Origin: Candidatus Woesearchaeota archaeon
GTDB taxonomy: Archaea; Nanobdellota; Nanobdellia; Woesearchaeales; UBA11576
Direction of reading: 5' to 3'
Length of the DNA: 64,000 nt
NCBI GenBank assembly: GCA_016929255.1
Contig: JAFGJH010000029.1
Span: 375 to 64,374, forward strand
In this document: positions 30,581-40,000 of the stretch, in pieces
Position numbering within the stretch: position 1 is the first letter of the stretch
Layout of the letters: each line of letters begins with the position of its first letter
Translations under genes and position numbers: made by a program
The notes under the pieces: generated by a model
The model's input: only the letters and a program-made list of their open reading frames with translations
What the model was told of the DNA's origin: nothing
Databases searched by the model: none

Positions 30581-31216
30581 ATGCCAGAGGAGACCAAGAA
30601 GAAAAGCGTAGAACACATTGTGGACGACGCAATAAAGCCCGTACTAGGGGTAAGCATAGACGATCTCAACAGGGACATCTCAGAGAAACTGTCAAAAAGC
30701 CCGTTACTGTCCTTTGACATAGACACCAAGCTCAGCTTCAAGAAAGCGAAGAAAAAGTTCAAGCAGCAGTTCCTCTCGCGGCTGCTCAAGGTGACATACG
30801 GAAACATATCAGAAGTGGCAAAACGCGCCCGTGTTGACAGGCGCAGCATACACCGGATAGTCAAGGACGCAGGCATCGATGTCGCGAAGATACGCGAAGA
30901 GATGATTAAGCCTTACCAGATAAGGCAGAAAGCTGTCGGCAGCGTTATAGAAGATGTGCTTGAGCACTACAAGACAATCATACACCCTGAAAGGATGGCA
31001 GAGGTGTACAAGAGCGTAGACACAGTATCCAAGGAGATACTCGACGAGCTTCCAGAGAAACCAATATCCCTGAAAGAGGCGGAAGAGGAGTTTGAGAAGG
31101 AATACCTCAGGAAGGTGCTGGCAGAAGAGTCCGGCAATGTGACAAAGACGGCGCGCAAGATAGGCCTCAGGTACGAGACATTGCTGCGCAAGCTGAAGGC
31201 TCTGGGATTGAGATGA
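30581..31216 (+). CDS. Tandem Fis-type HTH protein
   Basis: GNISEVAKRARVDRRSIHRIVK and LKEAEEEFEKEYLRKVL...GNVTKTARKIGLRYETLLRKLKALGL. Confidence 0.82.
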   Translation: MPEETKKKSVEHIVDDAIKPVLGVSIDDLNRDISEKLSKSPLLSFDIDTKLSFKKAKKKFKQQFLSRLLKVTYGNISEVAKRARVDRRSIHRIVKDAGIDVAKIREEMIKPYQIRQKAVGSVIEDVLEHYKTIIHPERMAEVYKSVDTVSKEILDELPEKPISLKEAEEEFEKEYLRKVLAEESGNVTKTARKIGLRYETLLRKLKALGLR

Positions 31217-31428
31217 AAAGGACCAGACACACACTCATAACAGCAGAGATCCTCGGCTTCTTCATGATAATCATAGGAGTGCTGGGGTTAATGACCGGCA
31301 GGAGGGTGTTCACCATCGCAGCAATCATGCTTTTTTGCCTGATACTTGCAGTGGCGGCGATGTTCGCGGTTTTTGCAGCCACATCAGTCAAAGAGCATAA
31401 GGCGAACAAAACCCATAAGAAGAAGTGA
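31213..31428 (+). CDS. Small 2-TM membrane protein
   Basis: ATGA overlap with the upstream gene, two hydrophobic helices, basic tail. Confidence 0.65.
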   Translation: MKRTRHTLITAEILGFFMIIIGVLGLMTGRRVFTIAAIMLFCLILAVAAMFAVFAATSVKEHKANKTHKKK

Positions 31429-31433
31429 TTAAA

Positions 31434-31441
31434 TTTATATA
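31434..31441 (+). promoter_or_regulatory. Archaeal TATA box for the tRNA operon
   Basis: TTTATATA about 26 nt upstream of the first tRNA-like 5' end (31468). Confidence 0.6.
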
Positions 31442-31467
31442 CTGAACAGAAAATTTTTGACTGATAG

Positions 31468-31489
31468 GGGCTCGTAGCTCAGCCTGGTA
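31468..31489 (+). repeat. 22-bp exact copy of the tRNA-Ala 5' end, followed by hairpins
   Basis: GGGCTCGTAGCTCAGCCTGGTA occurs at 31468-31489 and 31602-31623. Confidence 0.9.
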
Positions 31490-31601
31490 ACGCGGCACGG
31501 CATCGCTCCGTGCACACGCGAACCCGGTCCCATCTCGCGAAGCTCGATGGGACGCTGCAGCAAATAACCCGCGAAATCATTTAACAAAATCATTTCAACA
31601 T

Positions 31602-31705
31602 GGGCTCGTAGCTCAGCCTGGTAGAGCGTCCCGTTCGCAACGGGGAGGCCTCGGGTTCAAAAGACAGCAATGCGGATTGCTGAACTGAAAGTCCCGACGA
31701 GTCCA
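31602..31705 (+). tRNA. tRNA-Ala(CGC) with a 30-nt intron in the T-loop (59/60; 31662-31691)
   Basis: Acceptor GGGCTCG/CGAGTCC with G3:U70 and anticodon CGC at 31636-38. BHB: TTCA/TGAA helix with AAA and AGT bulges. Splicing restores GGGTTCAAATCCC. Confidence 0.92.
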
Positions 31706-31709
31706 CTTT

Positions 31710-31809
31710 GGGGCATTAGTGTAGCTTGGACGGCAAGCGTTGCTCTGCCGGAGCAATATCACTGGCGGTTCGGGGCCGCCCGACCGGGGTTCAAATCCTC
31801 GATGCCCCA
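31710..31809 (+). tRNA. tRNA-Pro(CGG) with a 27-nt intron in the D-loop (about 19/20; 31730-31756)
   Basis: Acceptor GGGGCAT/ATGCCCC, anticodon CGG at 31771-73, T-arm CGGGG-TTCAAAT-CCTCG. Relaxed BHB GCTT/GAGC with GGA and AAT bulges. Splicing gives GTGTAGCTTGGTATCAC. Confidence 0.9.
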
Positions 31810-32148
31810 TTTTTATTCCTTTTCGACACCAGAATGAATAATGAACTTATAGGCTTTCTATTGGTTGATATCCTTGGTTTTCTTGTTCTGGGATTTGTTG
31901 CTCATCTCCGGGCAAAACTTGATTTTTGTCCCAAATTGGCGGAATCAGTGCCAATAAGGACTTTCGATACCCGAATATCATGGATATAGCCCCTGAGAAT
32001 ATAAATGTTGTCCGGGAAAGGAGGATTTTCGATGCCTGGATGGTCTTGTTTATTATTATGACACTTAGAAATGACTAAAGTAGAACGCAGACTCCTACGA
32101 AACGTTTTTATATAGACTTGCTCTAAAAGCCCCAAAAGAGGTGTTAAA

Positions 32149-35100
32149 TTGGTTGTTGATGGTCAGAAGGCTGAAGCATACATAAAACAGGTTTTAGAAA
32201 AACTGAATCGTAAATATTCAGAGAAGACGTTTAGAACTCCTTTTGAAAACTTTATCAATTCATTGAGTCCAGATTATTCGCTTCAACAAGAGATAACGGA
32301 TGAAGGAATTGGAACACCAGACTTCAAAGCATTCTATAAAAATCACAAAGTGGGTTATATTGAAACTAAGGATTTTAATGCCACTCTTAAATTAGACACT
32401 GAGCAAATAAAACGGTATGTTGACTATGAGAATAACCTCTTGCTTACCAATTATGTTAAGTTTGTACTAATACGAAAAGGAAGAACAATACAGACTGCAA
32501 CGCTATTCTATCCCGAGATTAATTCTAAGAACAAAAGCCAAAAATTAAATCGGAAACACTTAGATGATGTTTTGACCCTCATTTCAGAATTCTTCGGATT
32601 TCCAATAACTCCAATCCAGTCAGCAAAAGAGTTGGCAGTCGAACTCGCAAAAAAAGCTAAATGGCTAAACTTGTTGTCTCAAGAGCAACTCGAGCTCGAA
32701 AGAACTCTCCCCAGAGATAAACGAGGTAGTATTTCTGAGTTCGAGATAGGACTTAAAGAGCTAATCGGAGATTACGAACAAGATATCAACTTTGGAGAAG
32801 CGTATGCAGAAACAATTACGTACGGACTCTTTTTAGCCAAGCTAGAATTAGGAAATAATAAAACACTGGATAAAAACACCGCGTATCAATTCATCCCTCC
32901 ACAAATAAAAGTCATCAAAAGAATTTTTAGGAACATAACCGACCCAGGAGAGCTTCCGCAGTCTCTCTCATGGGTGGTTGATGATATAATAGATATTCTC
33001 AATCTTACTGACTTAAATAAGTTCATTGCAGAGTTCCATGTGGATGGAGAAATATTCAGAGATCCATTTTTCCATTTTTATGAGGATTTTTTATCTGAGT
33101 TTAATCCAGTAAGAAGAAAGAAGATGGGGGTCTACTATACCCCCATCCCTATAGTTAAATTTATTGTCCGCTCAACAAATAGCATATTAAAGAAAGAGTT
33201 TCATCAAAAACTAGGATTTGCAACTGAAAACGTTCATACGCTGGATCCGTGTGTAGGAACTGGAACTTTCTGCGTATTGGCGATAATGGAAGGAATAAGT
33301 GAGTTGAAAAAACACAAATTGATGGGTTTGAAAAAAAGTAAAATAAAGAACCACTTCCTAAAGAGATTTTTTGGTTTTGAGATTTTAGTGTCGCCTTACA
33401 TAATTGCTCATATGAAGATTGGAGAATTACTTGAACAAGATAAATATGAGTTAGGTGTGGATGAACGAATACCTGTTTATTTAACAAACACACTGGAACT
33501 GCATCCTGAAGAAGGTCACGAACTATCTCCGTTTCTTACTGTAATTAAGAATGAAGTTCATACTGCAAATGAGATTAAGACCAAGAAACCGCTTCTTGTA
33601 GTAATGGGTAATCCGCCTTATTCAAGCAGTAGCTTTAATGATAAAAAATGGATTAAGAAGAAAATTGAGGATTATAAAGAAGGATTAAATGAAAGAAAAC
33701 TCGGAGATCTTGATGACGATTACGTTAAGTTCATACGGTTTGCTCAGTGGGAGATTGAAAGACAAGGCAAAGGTGTTGTTGCTTTTATAACTAGCAACGG
33801 GTATCTTGAAGGAATAACTTTTCGAAAAATGCGTGAAAATCTGTGCAAGACATTTGATAAAATATATATCTTAAACTTACATGGAAACTCTAGAATAGGT
33901 GAGCATTCTCCTGACGGCTCAAAAGATGAAAATCCATTTAACATCCAGACGGGTGTTGCAATTGGTTTGTTTGTGAGAAATTCTGAAAAACCAAAGAAAA
34001 TTGCAGATGTCTACTACTTTAATGAGTATGGGCTCCGCGATCTAAAACTTAAGTTCTTGAATAAGAATATGGTTGACACAGTTAAATGGAAAAAACTTGA
34101 TATGTTTGATGAGAATTTCTGGTTTGTTCCTAAGGATCATTCAACTTACAAAAAATATGCTGAGTTTTTCGAGGTTAGACATATTTTCAAAGAGTATAGT
34201 AGTGGTGTAGAAACTAAACGAGATAATTTTGTTATAGACTTTGAAAAAAAAGAACTGATTGATAGACTTACTAAATTTGCTAATACTGACGAACGTGTTG
34301 ATGTTACGAGACGTATTTTCGGGCTTTCTTCAAAAAGTGATTTGGATGTGGTTGGTGCTCAGAAGTTCTTGAAGAGCAATAAATATAAGTTATCAGATTT
34401 TGTTATAAAATATAACTACAGACCCTTTGATGAACGGTTATTATTTTATAAAGAATCTCTTGTTAGTAGAACAAGATTGCCATTTATGAACAGTTTATTA
34501 TTGCCAAATATTGCTCTGAATTTATGTAGACAAGTCAGACCGTCTCACCCATTTAATCATGTTTTTGTCACTAACAACGTTACTGATAGGATTTTGTTAT
34601 CAAATACAACCTCTGAGTGTAGCTTTGTTTTCCCTCTGTATATCTATGAAAAAGAAACGCAGTTGAAACTAGGCTCACAGAAATCAAAAACAGGAAAGAA
34701 ACAAATTAATTTTACAGAGGAGTTCAAAACGTTCTTAAAAAATGAATACAAAAAAGATGTCGCACCAGAAACTGTAATGGGTTACATATATGCCATACTA
34801 AATTCCTGCAAATATAAGACAGAGTTTCAAGAAGCATTACGAACTGACTTTCCGAGGGTTTACTTTGTCAAGAGTTTGAAGAAATTTATAAAGATTGCCG
34901 AATTAGGTTCTGAGCTAGTTGATCTTCACCTTTTGAAAAAGAAGAAACTGAACAGGGTCGGAACTTTTGAAGGAAAAGGAAACAACTCTGTTGAAAAGAT
35001 AATATATAAAGATGATAAAATATTCATAAACAAAAATCAATACTTTGGCAAAATCAGTAAGGACTTATGGGAGTTCAAGATTGGAATATATCCTGTATTA

Positions 35101-35241
35101 AATAAATGGCTCTATTACCGAAAAGGTAGAACGTTATCAAATAATGATGTCGAGACGTTTATTGATATAGTCAGCAATATCTCTGAAACAATCAAGATAT
35201 TAACAGAAATAGACAAAATAGACATTTTTAAAGGAGAATAA
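32149..35241 (+). CDS. Single-chain restriction-modification enzyme (PD-(D/E)xK nuclease + N6-adenine MTase + Type ISP-like C-terminal specificity domain; Type IIG-like)
   Basis: GTPDF...GYIETK, LLTNY, AYAETITYGLF, FYEDFL, GVYYTP, LDPCVGTGTF, GNPPY, LNLHGN, YRPFD, DFPRV, KWLYYRKGR. No helicase motifs. Confidence 0.92.
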   Translation: MVVDGQKAEAYIKQVLEKLNRKYSEKTFRTPFENFINSLSPDYSLQQEITDEGIGTPDFKAFYKNHKVGYIETKDFNATLKLDTEQIKRYVDYENNLLLTNYVKFVLIRKGRTIQTATLFYPEINSKNKSQKLNRKHLDDVLTLISEFFGFPITPIQSAKELAVELAKKAKWLNLLSQEQLELERTLPRDKRGSISEFEIGLKELIGDYEQDINFGEAYAETITYGLFLAKLELGNNKTLDKNTAYQFIPPQIKVIKRIFRNITDPGELPQSLSWVVDDIIDILNLTDLNKFIAEFHVDGEIFRDPFFHFYEDFLSEFNPVRRKKMGVYYTPIPIVKFIVRSTNSILKKEFHQKLGFATENVHTLDPCVGTGTFCVLAIMEGISELKKHKLMGLKKSKIKNHFLKRFFGFEILVSPYIIAHMKIGELLEQDKYELGVDERIPVYLTNTLELHPEEGHELSPFLTVIKNEVHTANEIKTKKPLLVVMGNPPYSSSSFNDKKWIKKKIEDYKEGLNERKLGDLDDDYVKFIRFAQWEIERQGKGVVAFITSNGYLEGITFRKMRENLCKTFDKIYILNLHGNSRIGEHSPDGSKDENPFNIQTGVAIGLFVRNSEKPKKIADVYYFNEYGLRDLKLKFLNKNMVDTVKWKKLDMFDENFWFVPKDHSTYKKYAEFFEVRHIFKEYSSGVETKRDNFVIDFEKKELIDRLTKFANTDERVDVTRRIFGLSSKSDLDVVGAQKFLKSNKYKLSDFVIKYNYRPFDERLLFYKESLVSRTRLPFMNSLLLPNIALNLCRQVRPSHPFNHVFVTNNVTDRILLSNTTSECSFVFPLYIYEKETQLKLGSQKSKTGKKQINFTEEFKTFLKNEYKKDVAPETVMGYIYAILNSCKYKTEFQEALRTDFPRVYFVKSLKKFIKIAELGSELVDLHLLKKKKLNRVGTFEGKGNNSVEKIIYKDDKIFINKNQYFGKISKDLWEFKIGIYPVLNKWLYYRKGRTLSNNDVETFIDIVSNISETIKILTEIDKIDIFKGE

Positions 35242-35258
35242 ATACCCGAGGTTGAATC

Positions 35259-36356
35259 TTGTCTGAATTCACATCCGAATCTGTAACGGAAGGCCACCCA
35301 GATAAAATCTGTGATCAAATCAGCGATGCTGTTCTTGATGCATGCTTAAAACAGGACAGAAAGTCTCGAGTGGCATGTGAAGTTTTTGCAACTGGCAACC
35401 ACCTAATCCTGGGTGGAGAAATCACTTCTAAGGCTAAGATAAATCCTGAAGCCATTGCTAGACGAATAATTAAGAGAATAGGTTACACATCACAGGATAT
35501 GGGCTATTCTTATGACTCAGTAAATATCCAGAACTTAATACAGAAACAGTCTCCAGAAATCTCAATAGGGGTTGATAAAGGGGGTGCAGGAGATTCTGGT
35601 CTAATGTTCGGGTATGCTACAAACGAGACCAAAGAGTTAATGCCTTTACCAATTCTCCTTGCTCATAAACTAGCTAAACAATTAGCAGATATGCGCCGTT
35701 CGAAGTTGAGATATCTAAGACCTGATGGTAAGGTTCAGGTGACTGTTGATTACGAAAATAAGACTCCTAAATCTGTTAGTGCAATAGTTGTATCTGCACA
35801 ACACACCTCAGAAATTTCTCTCAAGAAACTCAGAGATGACTTAGAGAAACATGTTATTAAACCAGTTTGTTCCAAGTACATGACAAAAAAAACTGAGTTG
35901 ATGATAAATCCAGCAGGGAAATTTACTATTGGAGGACCCGTTGCGGATACTGGACTTACCGGAAGAAAACCTGGAGTTGACACCTATGGAGGTATAGCTG
36001 CGCATGGTGGAGGTGGCTTTTCTGGAAAAGATCCTACCAAAGTGGATAGATCTGGAGCATATATGGCCCGATATGTTGCCAAAAGTATCGTTTCCTCAAG
36101 ATTGGCTGATAAGTGTGAGATTCAATTGGCTTATGCAATAGGTAAAGCACAACCAGTCTCTTTACTAATTGATACACAAGGAACGAATAAGATTCCTGTT
36201 CAGGAGATATATGGGATAGTCAAACGTAAATTTGACTTCACACCTAACGAGATAATAAGAAAGTTGAATCTACTTAACCCGATATATGAAAAAACTGCTG
36301 CGTATGGGCATTTTGGAAGACCTAGTTTCTCTTGGGAACAATGTTGTAAACTCTAG
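35259..36356 (+). CDS. metK: S-adenosylmethionine synthetase, bacterial/eukaryotic type
   Basis: [77 protein letters not shown]. Confidence 0.96.
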   Translation: MSEFTSESVTEGHPDKICDQISDAVLDACLKQDRKSRVACEVFATGNHLILGGEITSKAKINPEAIARRIIKRIGYTSQDMGYSYDSVNIQNLIQKQSPEISIGVDKGGAGDSGLMFGYATNETKELMPLPILLAHKLAKQLADMRRSKLRYLRPDGKVQVTVDYENKTPKSVSAIVVSAQHTSEISLKKLRDDLEKHVIKPVCSKYMTKKTELMINPAGKFTIGGPVADTGLTGRKPGVDTYGGIAAHGGGGFSGKDPTKVDRSGAYMARYVAKSIVSSRLADKCEIQLAYAIGKAQPVSLLIDTQGTNKIPVQEIYGIVKRKFDFTPNEIIRKLNLLNPIYEKTAAYGHFGRPSFSWEQCCKL

Positions 36357-36555
36357 TCTTTTGAGTACCATCCGCAGTACCAACAATCACCTTATACATC
36401 TCATCAAACCTCTTCTCGAAGACGAAGTCCTTGTCCAGGGCTGTGTATCTGAGATAGCTCGCTAATGACTTGTGCCCCTTGGCCTGGGCGTTGTTCTGGA
36501 TTCTCTCGTATTGGGATTGAGTTACCCTGAACAATATCATCCGTGTTTTGGCCAT
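36322..36555 (-). CDS. Ribbon-helix-helix (MobC-like) DNA-binding protein
   Basis: [38 protein letters not shown]. Confidence 0.7.
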   Translation of the reverse strand: MAKTRMILFRVTQSQYERIQNNAQAKGHKSLASYLRYTALDKDFVFEKRFDEMYKVIVGTADGTQKTRVYNIVPKRN

Positions 36556-36655
36556 TGTTGGTTCCCAATAAATGCCTATTTAACCGGAGCAGTGAAACCG
36601 CTGAAAGCCCTGAATTCCGGCTTTCTGGGCGGTTTCGCCATTGATTTAATGGCGC

Positions 36656-37990
36656 TCAATGGTAATAGCATATTTCCTCCACCATTTTCTTCGCCTTTTT
36701 GGGCGTCAGAGCAAAGCTTTTCTTTCCGTCAACAAACTGCGAGTATCTTGGAAGCAGGTCTTTCTTGCAGACGTAAATCCAGCAGTCAAAGTTCTCATTC
36801 AGCCAGGCAGTCTTCTCAGCAAGGTCATCCAACTTGTTGGTTCCGGTCTCAATCTCAATAGCTACCTTGTAATCTTCAATGTTGAGATAGACATCAACCC
36901 GCCTGTCCTTGACCTCTTTCTCAATCTGCATGTTCTCATGCAGCTCTGCAAACAAATGCTTCATGTAGAAGTGATACGGAGTCTCCTGAGAGTCACCTCT
37001 CTGGATGTAGAAGCCTCCGCTCAAATGGCTGTCAAGCTCTTTACCTCTTATGAACTCAAAGCCCTGCTTCTGAGCGCGTATCTTCTGCTCCTTGGTCAAA
37101 TCCCGCGCTCTGTAGAAGACTTTTTCCAGTCTCTGGCCATTATACTCTAATCCTGCCTTCTTATCTACACAGAGGGCGCCAGATTTGATTTCAGACCTGA
37201 CCTGAAGAAAGACCTCAACCTCCTTCGGATCTTTCAACTGAGGCACTGAATCAATGTCATACCGAGAATAGTAATCAGTCGCTTCCTCACGTTTCCACTT
37301 CAGCCAATCCTGCTCCTCAAAATACTGCCTGGCCCTGAAGCTTGCCTCTTGCAGGACATGCTCGGAATAATCACTATTTGCAGGGATGGACTTAGGATTA
37401 CGCACCTTGATTTTGTACTGGACAAGCTCCTCAACAACATTCTCAAAACGCCTAAGTTTTTCTTCTTCTCTGCGTTTCTCCAATGCTATCCTTCTGCGCT
37501 CCTCGGCCTCTGCTTCGAGTTTTCTTTGTCTGGCCAGTTCTTCTTCAATCTGCTTCTGTTTTACAATCAATGGAGCTCTTTTACAGAGATCATCAAGAAG
37601 CTGCTGGAATTGGGCGACCTCTTCCTTCGGGTATTTCAGGAGTTTCTTTTTTATGACATCCAGCCTTGACATGACCTGAGAGGAATTAAACTGACTGAAA
37701 TCCTCGCGGGCATAGCTCTTTATCTCGTTAAGGCGCTGCAAACGCTGCTTTTCTTCTTCCTGCTTGTCTTCCTTTCTTTGATTCAACCATCTTCGTAAAT
37801 TCCACGTTATGAGGAACAAGAAGATTGATGATAAAAGTATGATTCCTATCGCAAGCCAGGGCAATGCGAGAAAAGAATTGACATCTCGCATTACTTCAAG
37901 CCCGTGTTTCTTCCAAAACACCAGGCCCGCAGCCCCTATAGCTACAGCTACAACTATGAAGACTTCTACGTTAGAATCCATATTTTTCAC
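36656..37990 (-). CDS. Membrane-anchored coiled-coil protein with C-terminal PD-(D/E)xK nuclease-like domain
   Basis: Two N-terminal TMs, an E/K/R coiled coil, then ETPYH...IEKEV...RRVDVYL...VAIEIETG. Confidence 0.7.
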   Translation of the reverse strand: MKNMDSNVEVFIVVAVAIGAAGLVFWKKHGLEVMRDVNSFLALPWLAIGIILLSSIFLFLITWNLRRWLNQRKEDKQEEEKQRLQRLNEIKSYAREDFSQFNSSQVMSRLDVIKKKLLKYPKEEVAQFQQLLDDLCKRAPLIVKQKQIEEELARQRKLEAEAEERRRIALEKRREEEKLRRFENVVEELVQYKIKVRNPKSIPANSDYSEHVLQEASFRARQYFEEQDWLKWKREEATDYYSRYDIDSVPQLKDPKEVEVFLQVRSEIKSGALCVDKKAGLEYNGQRLEKVFYRARDLTKEQKIRAQKQGFEFIRGKELDSHLSGGFYIQRGDSQETPYHFYMKHLFAELHENMQIEKEVKDRRVDVYLNIEDYKVAIEIETGTNKLDDLAEKTAWLNENFDCWIYVCKKDLLPRYSQFVDGKKSFALTPKKAKKMVEEICYYH

Positions 37991-38417
37991 ATCCTACTTA
38001 CTGATTTCTAAGTATAAAAATTTTGTAATGAATTTGTAATACAATATCCGCAATCATGATTTATAAATTTTGTAATGCAAAGCGATATACAAAATCGCCT
38101 TTAAATAATTTGTAGCCCATTTGCGGGCCACATTCATAATAAGTCCTGTGAACATATTAACCTCCTTAACAAAAACTACGGCATACATACGGAATATGCC
38201 GCAGCCGATATTTGAATGTCCTTAACAACAGACATATAACGGATATATAACATAAAAAGGTCTTTAACAAAAACCATACAACAACACTACAACAACTATT
38301 ATGTCGGGAGGATATAAGAATATTAGCGGACTTTCGTGCCCACAAATCAATTAGAAACAAGCAGGTATAAAAAGAGTCGAGTCAAAAAATGCGTACAGAT
38401 TCCTGTACAGAAACACC

Positions 38418-39026
38418 TTATTTTTGTTCCTTTTCCTTTTGATGGTTCTTGAATGCTGTTTCTATGCTGTTTATGACAGGTCTACCCATAAATTCAAGAA
38501 GAAGATGATTTGATTTTAAATTGTTAATGCCTTCTTGGCGTAATTTTTTATCTTCAAAATCAAGAGAATATTTTGCAATACCTTCAGCCATTTTACAGGA
38601 TAGGAATTTTGACTCGCTTGAAAGCTGATTGACAAGATCCAATACCAATATTTCTCCAGTAATTCCTTCTTTGTGCTCTTCTAACTCATCCAATGCAGTT
38701 TTGATTTTATAGATGAAACCTTTCACCGCTCTGTCGTATTCTTCTGAATCTGCAAGATCTATCCTTATCCTTATTGTTCCTATCTCTTCTGTTATGAACT
38801 TAAATTGTATATGCGGGAAGTCGTGTGGCTGGTCTGGATGGTGTTCAATAGCGTAATTCCTGTGTTTGGGCACATCCCTTTCTGATCTAGTCTTTACCCT
38901 GAGTGAAAATCCTTCTTCGATTATGTTGATATTTCCTCCTTCTGCCACCTCCACGCGGATTCCCGACTTAGAATCATCATACGTTGTCTGGTGAAAATAC
39001 TTATTTGAATATTTGACCCATTCCAT
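38418..39026 (-). CDS. Hypothetical protein with His-cluster motif
   Basis: AT-rich ORF a few nt downstream of its partner gene. Contains IEHHPDQPHDFPHIQF. Confidence 0.75.
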   Translation of the reverse strand: MEWVKYSNKYFHQTTYDDSKSGIRVEVAEGGNINIIEEGFSLRVKTRSERDVPKHRNYAIEHHPDQPHDFPHIQFKFITEEIGTIRIRIDLADSEEYDRAVKGFIYKIKTALDELEEHKEGITGEILVLDLVNQLSSESKFLSCKMAEGIAKYSLDFEDKKLRQEGINNLKSNHLLLEFMGRPVINSIETAFKNHQKEKEQK

Positions 39027-39029
39027 ACA

Positions 39030-39902
39030 TTATCTCCTCGTGATATTAAACTGTTTCATGAGCTTATCTTCATAAGATAAACTATTCCACTCCGAACTCA
39101 TCTTGTTTGCTAGAGATGATGCGATGCTGCGTTTCCATTCATCTGTAACTTTCTCTTCCTCACTTAATCTCAGCGGGTCTTCCACATCAGAATTAAACGA
39201 ATCTTCACTAAGACCATGTTCGTAGTACAGTTTTCTCCATAGAACCAGATTCTCATAGTCAAGTCTAAGCGCATTCTCCTTGAAGGATATCCTAAATTCT
39301 TTGCGCAGAGCAACGCTTATTGATTTTAAGTATAATGTCAGATAATCCTTGGAGTAATGTTTATGGGTATTGTCAACTCCGAAGAATTCAGTTGGCGAGA
39401 GTGTCCTTTTTCCAATGAAAACTTTTTTAATCTGAATATCAAGTGTAAAATCTTTTTTTACACCTTTGATAACATTATGTTCAAATTCGCAGCCCACCTG
39501 TTGACCTGCAAAAGTCGTTGTAAAAAAAGCTCTTTTACGTTTATACTTAATGGCTAGAAGATTCTGGTTACCTTTTGTTTTAGTTGTTGTCCCTAGTATT
39601 TTAGCTATAACATCATTGAATGTTTCATCACCTTCTTTAAGAGCATTCAATGTTTCCCACACATCAACATCAACTTTGATATTCTTTGATCTTTTTGGTA
39701 AAGCAGTGATATTGTGTGATAGAGAATTCTGTAATGCACTTAGTTCAGCAGTAGATATTTTTTGTATATCTGAGTTAAAGTTTTTAAAAAATAGTTCAAG
39801 CTCTTTCTTTCTCGAATCATCCATGTTTTCAATCAATCTCTCATAAAACTCTATATTTCTTTTTCTAGTTGCGCTGTCGGAATTTGTTTTTTTTAGGCCC
39901 AT
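39030..39902 (-). CDS. Hypothetical protein with internal RHH/antitoxin-like motif
   Basis: GGTGA RBS. KNIKVDVDVWETLNALKEGDETFNDVIAKIL resembles the archaeal DUF217/VapB-like RHH. Confidence 0.72.
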   Translation of the reverse strand: MGLKKTNSDSATRKRNIEFYERLIENMDDSRKKELELFFKNFNSDIQKISTAELSALQNSLSHNITALPKRSKNIKVDVDVWETLNALKEGDETFNDVIAKILGTTTKTKGNQNLLAIKYKRKRAFFTTTFAGQQVGCEFEHNVIKGVKKDFTLDIQIKKVFIGKRTLSPTEFFGVDNTHKHYSKDYLTLYLKSISVALRKEFRISFKENALRLDYENLVLWRKLYYEHGLSEDSFNSDVEDPLRLSEEEKVTDEWKRSIASSLANKMSSEWNSLSYEDKLMKQFNITRR

Positions 39903-40000
39903 TTAGTTCACCTTGACTACTAAGTATACTTAGTATAAAGGTATACTATTATTTAAATATTCCTATTTATTTATAAATAAATGTTGAAAATTCTTCGGTT

